Source: Actinomycetales bacterium
Lineage (GTDB): Bacteria > Actinomycetota > Actinomycetes > Actinomycetales > CAVURS01
Assembly (NCBI GenBank): GCA_045807245.1
Contig: JBJMHS010000077.1
Location: forward strand, 1-58,096
Direction: 5' to 3'
DNA: 58,096 nucleotides
In this document: positions 11,934 through 21,552 of the stretch, piece by piece
Numbering within the stretch: position 1 is the stretch's first letter
How the letters are laid out: every line of letters begins with the position of its first letter
Notes under the pieces: generated by a model
What the model was told of the DNA's origin: nothing
Seen by the model: only the letters and a program-made list of their open reading frames with translations
The model's database searches: none
Translations under genes and position numbers: made by a program

Positions 11934-12824
11934 CTACAGGGACGTGGCCGAGAACGTGTCGCAGTTGTTCAGGCTGCCGCTCTGGTAGCCGCGGGTGAAC
12001 CAGCGCTGTCGCTCGGCCGACGAACCATGGGTCCAGGTGTCCTGGTTGATCCGCCCGGTCGTCTGCTTCTGGATCCGGTCGTCCCCGACCGACTGAGCCG
12101 CGGACAAGGCCGAGTCGATATCCGACGTGGTCAGGGGCTTGAGGAACGGGACTCCATTCGCGTCGGTCGTGGTCGCCGCGCTGTGCGCCCACACGCCGGC
12201 CAGGCAGTCGGCCATGAGCTCGGTCCGGACGGAGCCGCTCTCGGGGCCCTGCGGGTCCTGTTGGGCCCGGTCGAGGAGACCGAGGATGTCCTGGACGTGA
12301 TGGCCGTACTCGTGCGCGACGACGTACTCCTGCGCCAGTGCGCCGTCGTCGGCGCCGAACCGGCTGGTCAGCTCCTGGAAGAAGGTGGCGTCGATGTACA
12401 CCGTCTTGTCCAAGGGGCAGTAGAACGGGCCGACGTCGTTCGACGCCGTGCCACACGCCGACTGCGTGGAACCGCGGTAGTCGACCAGCCCGGCCTTGGT
12501 GTAGCGCTTGCCGAAGTCCGGCAGAGCCGAGGCCCAATAGGCCTGGACGCTGTTCGCCGTCCCGATGATGCGGCAGTCGACGTCTCGGTTCGCGTCCGCA
12601 CCGGTCTTGCACTTGCTGAAGTCGACGCCCCCGCCTCCCGCACCGAGACCTGGCTGCGTCGGGCTGGTACTACCACCTGCGAGCTGGCTGAGCACGTAGA
12701 ACACCGCAAGGAGGACGAGGCCGCCGATGCCGCCGCCGATGGGCAGCATCCCGCCGGAGAGGCGGCCCCCGCCGCCGGACGAGACGCCGCTCGTGTCCAG
12801 CGTCGCGTTCTCGTTGAAGCTCAC
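11934..12824 (-). CDS. Neutral zinc metallopeptidase (YpfJ-like)
   Basis: GPFYCPLD, AHEYGHHVQ, ELMADC, WTHGSS; N-terminal membrane anchor. Confidence 0.88.
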   Translation of the reverse strand: MSFNENATLDTSGVSSGGGGRLSGGMLPIGGGIGGLVLLAVFYVLSQLAGGSTSPTQPGLGAGGGGVDFSKCKTGADANRDVDCRIIGTANSVQAYWASALPDFGKRYTKAGLVDYRGSTQSACGTASNDVGPFYCPLDKTVYIDATFFQELTSRFGADDGALAQEYVVAHEYGHHVQDILGLLDRAQQDPQGPESGSVRTELMADCLAGVWAHSAATTTDANGVPFLKPLTTSDIDSALSAAQSVGDDRIQKQTTGRINQDTWTHGSSAERQRWFTRGYQSGSLNNCDTFSATSL

Positions 12825-12918
12825 CTGCGTAGACTATGGCGCTGTGACCGAGGCGACTCACTAGCAACGGGGCTCGTCCCCCACTGCTCCCGTCGTCCTC
12901 CTGAAAGGCCACATCAGC

Positions 12919-14517
12919 GTGATAACCGCATCCGGTCTGGAGCTGCGCGCCGGCTCCCGGATCCTCGTCGAGAGCGCGACGTTCCGGGTCGGTCCGGGGG
13001 ACCGGGTCGGGCTGGTCGGCCGCAACGGCGCCGGCAAGACGACCCTCACCCGGGTCCTGGCCGGGGAGGGCCAGCCGGCCTCCGGGTCGGTCACCCGCAG
13101 CGGGGACGTCGGCTACCTGCCGCAGGACCCGCGCACCGGCGACCTCGAGGTCCTCGCTCGCGACCGGATCCTGTCCGCCCGCGAGCTCGACACGGTGCTG
13201 CGGCGCCTCCGCGAGACCGAGGGCGCGATGGCCAGCGCCGACAACGAGACGCGGGACCGGGCGATGGACCGCTACGCCCGCCTCGACGCCACGTTCACGG
13301 CCCGCGGCGGCTACGCGGCCGAGGCAGAGGCGGCCTCGATCGCGAGCAGCCTCGGCCTGGCGGAGCGGGTGCTCGGCCAGCCCCTGCGCACCCTGTCCGG
13401 CGGGCAGCGCCGCCGCGTCGAGCTGGCCCGCATCCTGTTCTCCGGAGCACCGACCCTCTTGCTGGACGAGCCGACCAACCACCTGGACGCCGACTCGATC
13501 GCCTGGCTGCGCGAGTTCCTGCGCAACCACAAGGGCGGGCTGGTCGTGATCAGCCACGACGTGGAGCTGCTCGAGGCGTGTGTCACCCGCGTGTTCCACC
13601 TGGACGCCGGGCGAGCCGCGCTGGACGTGTACAACGTCGGGTGGAAGGCCTACCTGCAGCAGCGCGAAACCGACGAGCGGCGCCGTCACCGCGAGCGGGC
13701 CAACGCGGAGAAGAAGGCCGCCGCCCTCATGGCGCAGGCCGACAAGATGCGCGCCAAGGCGACGAAAGCCGTTGCGGCACAGAACATGGCCCGCCGGGCC
13801 GAACGGCTGCTCTCGGGTCTGGAGGACAGGCGCGTCGCCGACCGGGTGGCCAAGCTGCGGTTCCCGGAGCCGGTGCCCTGCGGGCGTACGCCGCTCACCG
13901 CCGAGGGCCTGTCGCGGTCGTACGGGTCACTCGAGGTCTTCACCGATGTCGACCTGGCCATCGACCGGGGGAGCAAGGTCGTCGTCCTCGGCCTGAACGG
14001 TGCGGGAAAGACCACGCTGCTGCGGATCCTGGCCGGCATCGACCCGCCGGACACGGGCGCCGTGGTGCCGGGTCACGGGCTGCGGCTCGGGTACTACGCC
14101 CAGGAGCACGAGACGCTCGACACCTCGCGCACGGTCCTGGAGAACATGCGCACGGCTGCGCCGGAGCTCGGCGACACGGGGGTGCGCAGCGTGCTGGGGT
14201 CATTCCTGTTCAGCGGCGACGACGTGGACAAGCCGGCCAGGGTGCTGTCCGGCGGAGAGAAGACCCGGCTGGCGCTGGCCACGCTGGTCGTCTCGGGCGC
14301 CAACCTGCTGCTCCTCGACGAGCCCACGAACAACCTCGACCCGGCCAGCCGCGAGGAGGTGCTCGGCGCACTGCGCTCGTACAAGGGCGCCGTCGTGCTG
14401 GTCACCCACGACGAGGGCGCCGTGCACGCGTTGGAGCCGGAGCGGGTGCTGCTGCTCCCCGACGGCGTGGAGGACCACTGGTCGACCGAGTACGCCGACC
14501 TCATCGCCCTCGCCTGA
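12919..14517 (+). CDS. ABC-F family ribosome-associated ATPase
   Basis: Two NBDs (GRNGAGKTT/GLNGAGKTT; LDEPTNHLD/LDEPTNNLD), charged linker, no membrane segments. Confidence 0.92.
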   Translation: MITASGLELRAGSRILVESATFRVGPGDRVGLVGRNGAGKTTLTRVLAGEGQPASGSVTRSGDVGYLPQDPRTGDLEVLARDRILSARELDTVLRRLRETEGAMASADNETRDRAMDRYARLDATFTARGGYAAEAEAASIASSLGLAERVLGQPLRTLSGGQRRRVELARILFSGAPTLLLDEPTNHLDADSIAWLREFLRNHKGGLVVISHDVELLEACVTRVFHLDAGRAALDVYNVGWKAYLQQRETDERRRHRERANAEKKAAALMAQADKMRAKATKAVAAQNMARRAERLLSGLEDRRVADRVAKLRFPEPVPCGRTPLTAEGLSRSYGSLEVFTDVDLAIDRGSKVVVLGLNGAGKTTLLRILAGIDPPDTGAVVPGHGLRLGYYAQEHETLDTSRTVLENMRTAAPELGDTGVRSVLGSFLFSGDDVDKPARVLSGGEKTRLALATLVVSGANLLLLDEPTNNLDPASREEVLGALRSYKGAVVLVTHDEGAVHALEPERVLLLPDGVEDHWSTEYADLIALA

Positions 14518-14569
14518 GCTCCCCACCCCGCCCACCGCCGTACCCCCTCCGTGCTCCCCACCCCGCGCG

Positions 14570-14633
14570 GTGCTCCCCGCAGCCCGGTGCGCGTGCCGGA
14601 AATGGCTGGTGTCAACCGGGCCCCAGGGAGCAC
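14570..14633. repeat. Intergenic nested imperfect palindrome (REP-like hairpin, possibly terminator)
   Basis: GTGCTCCC-N5-CCCGGT-N26-ACCGGG-N5-GGGAGCAC; extra GTGCTCCCC copy at 14551. Confidence 0.6.
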
Positions 14634-14672
14634 GGGGCGTGCGGGGGCTAGCCTCCGGCAGGTGACTGAGCC

Positions 14673-15464
14673 GTGATCGACCAGGCCGTGCTCGACGCCG
14701 GCCGGGTGCGCGTGGATGTCTCCGGCCCGGTCCTCAGCGTGACCCTGGACCGGCCCGAGCAGCTCAACGCCCAGACGCCCGCGACCTGGCGCGCCCTCGC
14801 CGACATCGGCCGCGCCCTGCCCCCCGATGTGCGCGTCGTCGTGGTCCGCGGCGCCGGCAGGTCCTTCTCGGCCGGCCTCGACCGCGCTCTGCTCACGCCC
14901 CAGGGGCGCCCGGACGAGCCGTCCCTGCTCGAGCTGTCGAGACGGCCCCGGCCGGACATCGAGGCGGCGATCGAGCAGTTCCAAGCCGCGTTCACCTGGT
15001 GGTCGACGGCTCCGGTCGTCACGGTCGCGGCGGTCCGGGGCAATGCGGTCGGCGCCGGCTTCCAGCTGGCCCTGGCCTGCGACCTGCGGGTCCTGGCCGA
15101 GGATGCGCGGTTCGCCATGCGCGAGCCCTCGCTCGGTCTGGTGCCGGACCTCGCCGGCACGTGGCCGTTGGTGGCCGCCGTAGGGCCCGCCCGGGCGCTG
15201 GAGATCTGCGCGACGGGTCGCTGGGTGAGTGCCGTGGAGGCGGGCCAGATCGGCCTGGCCACCGCCGTCGTACCCGGTCCCAACCTCGATGCCGCCGTCG
15301 CTGACCTGGTTGACGCGCTTCTGGCCACCCCGGAGGCGGCTCTTCGCGAGACACTGATGCTGCTGCGTGCGGCGGCGACCCGTACGCCGAGTGAGCAACG
15401 AGCGGCCGAACGGGCGGCCCAGGCGCGGCTGCTGAGCGCCATGGGGGAGCGGCCCGCCCGGTAG
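14673..15464 (+). CDS. Enoyl-CoA hydratase/isomerase family protein
   Basis: FSAGLD, GNAVGAGFQLALACDLR, EPSLGLVPD. Confidence 0.88.
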   Translation: MIDQAVLDAGRVRVDVSGPVLSVTLDRPEQLNAQTPATWRALADIGRALPPDVRVVVVRGAGRSFSAGLDRALLTPQGRPDEPSLLELSRRPRPDIEAAIEQFQAAFTWWSTAPVVTVAAVRGNAVGAGFQLALACDLRVLAEDARFAMREPSLGLVPDLAGTWPLVAAVGPARALEICATGRWVSAVEAGQIGLATAVVPGPNLDAAVADLVDALLATPEAALRETLMLLRAAATRTPSEQRAAERAAQARLLSAMGERPAR

Positions 15465-15564
15465 GGGCGGAATCCGGCGGACTGTCAGGGGTGTTGGGCA
15501 CAGTGACGGACGGAACGAGCAGGAAGGCCCACGACGACGCGGGCAGACGAAGGTAGGCAGTGGT

Positions 15565-17484
15565 TTGGCGCACAACTGGCAGGCGATGCGATCCCTCACG
15601 AGGGACGGCGCGGCGGCGACGCAGAAGCTGAAGGAGGGTACGACGCGGCGCGTCTTCGGCTACGCCCGCCCGTACAAGAAGGCGATCGCGGCGTTCCTCG
15701 CCCTGGCCGTCGTCGACTCCGTGCTGACGATCGCCATCCCCCTGCTGCTCAAGGCCATCGTCGACGACGGCGTGACACCGGGCCGCAAGGACGTCGTCGT
15801 CTGGCTCGCGCTGACGGCCGCCGGCATCGCGATCCTCGACGCCGCCGTGGGCCTGGTCCAGCGCTGGTTCTCGGCGCGCGTCGGCGAGGGCCTGATCTTC
15901 GACCTCCGGACCGAGGTGTTCGCACACGTCCAGCGACAGCCGATCGCGTTCTTCACCCGAGCACAGACCGGATCGCTCGTCTCGCGCATCAACAGCGACG
16001 TCATGGGGGCCCAGCAGGCGTTCACGTCGACGCTGTCCGGAGTCGTGTCCAACATCGTCTCGCTCCTCCTCGTCGCGGGCGCGATGTTCTTCCTGTCCTG
16101 GCAGATCACGGTCGCGGCTCTGCTGCTGCTGCCGATCTTCCTCATCCCGGCGCGCTACATGGGGCAGCGCCTGGCCGCCCTCACCCGCGAGCAGATGCAG
16201 GCCAACGCCGAGCTCGGCGGCCGCACGACCGAGCGGTTCAACGTGGCCGGCGCGCTCCTGGTCAAGCTCTACGGCCGCCCCGAGGAGGAGGACCACGAGT
16301 ACCGGTCCAAGGCCGCGGTGGTCCGCGACACCGGCATCCGGATCGCGATGAACAGCCGGGTCTTCTACACCGCCCTGGTGCTCGTCGCCAGCCTCGCGAC
16401 GGCGCTGGTGTACGGCGTGGGTGGTTCGCTGGCGATCAGCGGCTCGCTGACCGTCGGCACGATGCTGGCGCTGGCGGCGTTGCTGAGCCGGCTGTACGGC
16501 CCACTGACGGCGCTGTCCAACGTGCGGGTCGACATCATGACGGCGTTGGTGTCGTTCGAGCGGGTGTTCGAGGTGCTCGACCTCAAGCCGCTCGTCGAAG
16601 AGAAGCCCGGGGCCGTCGCCCTGCCGGGCGGCCCGGTGTCCGTCGACCTGGAGGGCGTGCGCTTCCGGTACCCGTCCGCGGACGAGGTCTCGCTCGCCTC
16701 GCTGGAGCAGGTCGCCTCCGCCGACCGGTCCGCGGGCGACGAGGTGCTGCACGGCATCGACCTGCACGTGGAGCCGGGCCAGCTGGTCGCCCTCGTCGGA
16801 CCCAGTGGCGCAGGCAAGACCACCATCACCGGGCTCGTGGCGCGCCTGTACGACCCGACCGCGGGAGTGGTGCGGATCGACGGGCTGGACCTGCGGGACG
16901 TGTCCCTGACGTCGCTGCACGACGTCGTGGGCGTGGTGACCCAGGAGGCACACCTGTTCCACGACACCATCCGGGCCAACCTGGCCTTCGCCCGGCCCGA
17001 CGCGACGGTCGCCGACATGGAGGACGCGCTGCGGTCCGCCCAGGTGTGGGACCTGATCTCCGGGCTGCCCGAAGGACTCGACACCGTGGTCGGCGACCGT
17101 GGGCACCGGCTCTCGGGTGGTGAGAAGCAGCGGCTGGCCATCGCCCGCCTCCTGCTCAAGTCGCCCGGACTCGTGGTCCTCGACGAGGCGACTGCGCACC
17201 TGGACAGCGAGTCCGAGGTTGCGGTCCAGCGGGCGCTCGACTCGGCCTTCTCCGGCCGGACCGCGCTCGTCATCGCGCACCGGCTGTCCACCGTCCGCGG
17301 CGCAGACGTCATCGTCGTCGTCGACGACGGACGCATCGTCGAGCAGGGCCGGCACGAGGAGCTGCTCGCCTCCGGCGGCCTGTACGCAGACCTCTACACG
17401 ACCCAGTTCGCGTCCCGTGGGCGCGGCAGCGACGACGACACGCTCGCCGCGCTGCCGGAGCTGACCGGAGAGCTCCGGGCCTGA
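15565..17484 (+). CDS. ABC exporter, fused permease/ATP-binding protein
   Basis: N-terminal TM domain, GPSGAGKTT, LSGGEKQR, DEATAHLD; start uncertain (TTG 15565 or ATG 15586). Confidence 0.9.
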   Translation: MAHNWQAMRSLTRDGAAATQKLKEGTTRRVFGYARPYKKAIAAFLALAVVDSVLTIAIPLLLKAIVDDGVTPGRKDVVVWLALTAAGIAILDAAVGLVQRWFSARVGEGLIFDLRTEVFAHVQRQPIAFFTRAQTGSLVSRINSDVMGAQQAFTSTLSGVVSNIVSLLLVAGAMFFLSWQITVAALLLLPIFLIPARYMGQRLAALTREQMQANAELGGRTTERFNVAGALLVKLYGRPEEEDHEYRSKAAVVRDTGIRIAMNSRVFYTALVLVASLATALVYGVGGSLAISGSLTVGTMLALAALLSRLYGPLTALSNVRVDIMTALVSFERVFEVLDLKPLVEEKPGAVALPGGPVSVDLEGVRFRYPSADEVSLASLEQVASADRSAGDEVLHGIDLHVEPGQLVALVGPSGAGKTTITGLVARLYDPTAGVVRIDGLDLRDVSLTSLHDVVGVVTQEAHLFHDTIRANLAFARPDATVADMEDALRSAQVWDLISGLPEGLDTVVGDRGHRLSGGEKQRLAIARLLLKSPGLVVLDEATAHLDSESEVAVQRALDSAFSGRTALVIAHRLSTVRGADVIVVVDDGRIVEQGRHEELLASGGLYADLYTTQFASRGRGSDDDTLAALPELTGELRA

Positions 17485-17547
17485 CGCCCTACGCCGTACG
17501 CCGGACGCGTCTCGATGAGTGCGGACGGCGAGGCCCGGTCGCCGGCG

Positions 17548-18393
17548 CTACTCGTCCTCCTCGTCCCAGATCCGGGTCTTGCGCCGGCGCGGCGCTGGGA
17601 CGACACCGGCCGGTACGGCGTCACGATCCCCGGTGCCCGACGTCGCCTCGGCCGCAGCCAGGTCCTGGGCGCGCAGCCGCCGGCGCCGCCGGACGAACAC
17701 GAACGGGAAGGCCAGCCCGGCCAGGGCGAACAGCCCCCACTGCACGGCGTAGGACAGGTTGACGCCCCAGTACCCGCCGTCGTCCGGCTCAGGCAGGAGA
17801 CGGGGGGCGCTCCCGGGCCTCGGCGACTCGGCCGACAGGACGCCGTACGCCGGGAGCAGGGCCAGCCCGGTGCTAGCCGCGATGCGCGGCAGGTCGATGC
17901 TGGCGAACTGGCCCGCCGGCAACGTCCCGCTCTTCGCGCGCTCGCCCGGCACCAGATGGGCGGTCACGTCGACCGGTCCGGTCGCCGGAGCGGGGACGCT
18001 GTCCGGTGCCGACCCGGTCTGCCCGTTCGCGACCCAGCCGCGGTCGACGAGGAGCGCCGGGCCGCCGGCTGCCGGCAGCAGCGGCACCAGCACCTCGTAC
18101 CCGAAGGTGCCCTCGTACGGCCGGTTGCGGACCAGCACCTGGTGCGTGACGTCGTACTGCCCGGTGACGCGCACCGGGCGCCAGCGGTCACCGTGCGGCA
18201 GCTCGGGCCGGCCTGCCGGCAGCAGGGACTCCAAGGAGGCCGGCGCCGCCGTGTAGTTGACCCCCACGACATGGTCGGCGTCGTACTTGGACTGGAACCG
18301 GTGGTACTGCCACCGCCCGAGGAAGACGCAGGCGACCGCGAAGACGACCGCGACCGCGAGCAGCCCGGCCAGCTCCCGCCGATCGTCCTTCAC
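17548..18393 (-). CDS. SURF1 family protein
   Basis: LGRWQ, LLVDRGWV, NLSYAVQW; TACCGT 6 nt before GTG. Confidence 0.88.
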   Translation of the reverse strand: MKDDRRELAGLLAVAVVFAVACVFLGRWQYHRFQSKYDADHVVGVNYTAAPASLESLLPAGRPELPHGDRWRPVRVTGQYDVTHQVLVRNRPYEGTFGYEVLVPLLPAAGGPALLVDRGWVANGQTGSAPDSVPAPATGPVDVTAHLVPGERAKSGTLPAGQFASIDLPRIAASTGLALLPAYGVLSAESPRPGSAPRLLPEPDDGGYWGVNLSYAVQWGLFALAGLAFPFVFVRRRRRLRAQDLAAAEATSGTGDRDAVPAGVVPAPRRRKTRIWDEEDE

Positions 18394-18432
18394 CCCACGA
18401 CGGTAACCGGCCCGCCACGTAGGCTGGAGCAC

Positions 18433-19449
18433 GTGACCACCCTCCTCCCGGCGCCGGTCCCGCGGCTGGCCGACCGTTACGGCCGGGTCGCCACCGATCT
18501 GCGCGTGTCGGTCACGGACCGCTGCAACCTGCGCTGCTCGTACTGCATGCCGGCTGAGGGGCTCGACTGGCTGCCCAAGCCCGAGCTGCTGACCTTCGAG
18601 GAGATGACCCGGCTGGTCGGCATCGCCGTCTCCCTCGGCGTCACCGACGTCCGGCTGACCGGCGGCGAACCGCTGCTGCGGCGTGGTCTGCCCGACCTGG
18701 TCTCGATGATCGCCGACCTCCGGCCCCGGCCCCGGATCGCGATGACGACGAACGCGCTCGGCCTGGACCGGCTGGCCCAGCCCCTCAAGGCCGCAGGCCT
18801 GGACCGGGTCAACATCAGCCTCGACACGGTGGACCGCGCGACCTTCGCCGAGCTGACCAGGCGCGACCGGCTGCCCGACGTCGTCGCCGGTCTCGCGGCG
18901 GCCGCCGAGGCCGGGCTGACCCCGGTCAAGGTCAACGCCGTCGCCATGCGCGGCGTCAACGACGAGCAGGTCGGCGACCTGTTGGACTGGTGCCTGGAGC
19001 GTGGTTACGAGCTCCGGTTCATCGAGCAGATGCCGCTGGACGCCCAGCACGCGTGGGACCGGTCGAGCATGGTGACCGCGGCCGAGATCCTGGACCGGCT
19101 GTCGGCCCGGTTCGACCTCACGCCGGAGCCGCAGCGTGACCGGGGGAGCGCCCCGGCCGAGACCTGGATGGTCGACGGCGGCCCGGCCCGGGTCGGGGTC
19201 ATCGCCAGCGTGAGCCGGCCGTTCTGCGGCACGTGCGACCGGATGCGGCTCACGGCCGACGGGCAGCTGCGTTCCTGCCTGTTCGCACGCACCGAGTCGG
19301 ACCTGCGCGGGCCGCTGCGGGCGGGGGCGAGCGATGAGCAGCTGGCGCAGCAGATGCGGCGGCTCATGGCGGCCAAGCTGGCCGGGCACGGGATCGACGA
19401 CCCCGGCTTCCTGCAGCCGGACCGCCCGATGTCGGCCATCGGCGGCTGA
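18433..19449 (+). CDS. moaA: GTP 3',8-cyclase MoaA
   Basis: LRVSVTDRCNLRCSYC radical SAM motif, FCGTCDRMR, C-terminal MSAIGG. Confidence 0.95.
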   Translation: MTTLLPAPVPRLADRYGRVATDLRVSVTDRCNLRCSYCMPAEGLDWLPKPELLTFEEMTRLVGIAVSLGVTDVRLTGGEPLLRRGLPDLVSMIADLRPRPRIAMTTNALGLDRLAQPLKAAGLDRVNISLDTVDRATFAELTRRDRLPDVVAGLAAAAEAGLTPVKVNAVAMRGVNDEQVGDLLDWCLERGYELRFIEQMPLDAQHAWDRSSMVTAAEILDRLSARFDLTPEPQRDRGSAPAETWMVDGGPARVGVIASVSRPFCGTCDRMRLTADGQLRSCLFARTESDLRGPLRAGASDEQLAQQMRRLMAAKLAGHGIDDPGFLQPDRPMSAIGG

Positions 19450-19477
19450 CCAGCCGGGCGAGCCTACGACCTCGAGC

Positions 19478-19723
19478 TCAGTCGAGCGTGAGCTCGCCCA
19501 CGAGCACGGTCTCGCGCAGGAACCCGCGCACGTTCAGGAACGCCTCGAGGCTGTCCCGGTGCTGGGCGCAGGCCAGCCAGGTCTTGCGCCGCTCCGGCGT
19601 GTGCAGCTTCGGGTTGTTCCACTTCAGGCCCCAGACCGCACTCTCGCGGCAGCCCTTCGCGCTGCACAGCAGCCTGACGCCGGTGTCGAGGCGCACCGAT
19701 GGCTCACCCGGGAACAGGGTCAC
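19478..19723 (-). CDS. Small Cys/His-containing hypothetical protein
   Basis: CSAKGC...WNNPKLHTPERRKTWLACAQH; GTGA overlap with upstream gene. Confidence 0.75.
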   Translation of the reverse strand: MTLFPGEPSVRLDTGVRLLCSAKGCRESAVWGLKWNNPKLHTPERRKTWLACAQHRDSLEAFLNVRGFLRETVLVGELTLD

Positions 19724-20109
19724 GACGCCGCCGGCTCCGGACCGGTGTTCTGGTCCGTGGGCTGGTCCGGCTGTTCGTCGCCGGCGGGCGCAGCGCCGTA
19801 CGGCGGGTGCTCGATCGCCTGCCGCCGGGCCGTGTCCAGGGCCGCCTGCTGAGGTACGTACGGCGTGGGGGCCGGCACTGAGCCCGAACCGACGGCGTTG
19901 GCCATGACCACGGCGATGTACGGCAGGATCAGCGCGGCCGCCACGAAGATCCAGCGCAGCGGCCCGTGGGTGACGACGGCGAGGACGAAGGACACGGTCC
20001 GGATGCTCATCGAGATCAGGTAGCGGCGCTGCCGCTGGGCCAGGTCGTCGCTCGTTCCTCGGCGCACCCCGCTGACGGAGTACACCGGTTCGCGCGTGGC
20101 CCGGCTCAC
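19720..20109 (-). CDS. DUF3099 family membrane protein
   Basis: RQRRYLISMSIRT...LPYIAVVMANA. Confidence 0.82.
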   Translation of the reverse strand: MSRATREPVYSVSGVRRGTSDDLAQRQRRYLISMSIRTVSFVLAVVTHGPLRWIFVAAALILPYIAVVMANAVGSGSVPAPTPYVPQQAALDTARRQAIEHPPYGAAPAGDEQPDQPTDQNTGPEPAAS

Positions 20110-20166
20110 AACCCCACGGTACGCGCCTCGTGGACGGATGCGACCGCCGAAGGGGGGCGGATCGGC

Positions 20167-21552
20167 TCAGGAAGCCGGGCTCACGCTCGACATGTTGAAA
20201 CCCGTCACCCGCAGGGGCGGCATCGCCGTCCGGGAGAAGTACGCGCCGAACTCGCGCCCGATGGTCGGAACGGTCGCTCCCACTGCCTCGATCCGCGCGA
20301 GCAGGTCGATCGGGCTCTCGTTGAACCGGAAGTTCGTCACGGCACCGACGACCTCCCCTCCGCGGACCCGGTAGACGCCGTCCCGGGTCAGCCCGGTCAG
20401 CAGGAGGGTGCGCGGGTCGACCTCGCGGACGTACCACATGCAGGTCACGAGCAGCCCGTCGTCGAGGTCCGAGACCAGCGCGTCGACGTCGCCCGCGCCG
20501 CCCTGGGTGCCCAGCGAGACGTTCGACACCCAGGGATGCAGCGGCAGATCGGTCAGAGTCGCCGTATGGCGGGTGGTCGGCAGGGCAGCCAGCTCCCCCT
20601 TGTCGATCCACGCGCAGGCGGGCGTGGCCAGCCCGTTGTCGAACACCGAGGCCAGCTCGCTGCTGCCGGGCGTCATGACGTACGGCGGGCACTCCAACCC
20701 GGCCGCGGTGGGGTCGCTCCACAGGCTGACCGGCGTCTCGCTGAGCCGTTCACCGACACGCGTCCCGCCGCCGGGCTTGCCGAACACCGAACGTCCCTCG
20801 TGAGCAGTGCGGGCACCCGCGGACCAGTACGCGTAGACCATCAGGTCGGCCACCGCGCTCGGCGGCAGCACGGTGTCGTACCGGCCGGCGGCCAGCTCCA
20901 GGTGCCGCGCCTGCCAGCCGAGCCGGGTGTCCACCTCGGCGGCCAGCGCTCCCACGTCGACCGCTGCGAGCTCTCGTGCGCCGGCACCCGCCCAGGCCGA
21001 CCGGGTGCGCCCGGCCGCCTTGCCGTTCACCTCGGCCCGGGCCGCCGGCTGCACGTAGCGCGCCCGCAGACCCGTCGTGGAGGCCAGGTAGCTCGTGGAG
21101 AGCGACTGCTCGGCGTACCCGAACAGCTCCTGGTCGCTCGATCGTGCCTGTCCGATAGCGGCGCCCAGCGCCTCGGCGAACGACGACAGCGAGCCGGCCT
21201 CGAGATCCGCCGGCGGCTGGTCGAAGTCGTCCTCGGCCCGGCCCGCGACCAGCGGAGCGGCGTCCTCGGACGGCGGCGCCGCGGCCGCCTCCGCCTCGGC
21301 CTCCGCGACGAGAGCAGCCACGTCGTCGGGCTGGACCCCGCCGCGCCGGACGACGCCCGTGGAGACACCGTCGGCGCCCTCGCTGGTCGCGATGACCGTC
21401 ACGGTGTGCCCGCCGCTGAGCCCGTTGGTCGTGAGCGTGTTGGCCGCCCAGCGCAGGTTGGCCGTCGTACCGGCCTCGACGAGCACGATGCTCGGCCCGC
21501 CGGCCGCCTCGAGGGCCCGCTCGGCGAGAACGTGCGGTGCCGTGTCGCTCAT
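20167..21552 (-). CDS. TldE/PmbA-like metallopeptidase partner subunit
   Basis: NLRWAANTLTTNG, LLTGLTRDG, NFRFNESP; ATGA overlap with tldD. Confidence 0.85.
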   Translation of the reverse strand: MSDTAPHVLAERALEAAGGPSIVLVEAGTTANLRWAANTLTTNGLSGGHTVTVIATSEGADGVSTGVVRRGGVQPDDVAALVAEAEAEAAAAPPSEDAAPLVAGRAEDDFDQPPADLEAGSLSSFAEALGAAIGQARSSDQELFGYAEQSLSTSYLASTTGLRARYVQPAARAEVNGKAAGRTRSAWAGAGARELAAVDVGALAAEVDTRLGWQARHLELAAGRYDTVLPPSAVADLMVYAYWSAGARTAHEGRSVFGKPGGGTRVGERLSETPVSLWSDPTAAGLECPPYVMTPGSSELASVFDNGLATPACAWIDKGELAALPTTRHTATLTDLPLHPWVSNVSLGTQGGAGDVDALVSDLDDGLLVTCMWYVREVDPRTLLLTGLTRDGVYRVRGGEVVGAVTNFRFNESPIDLLARIEAVGATVPTIGREFGAYFSRTAMPPLRVTGFNMSSVSPAS

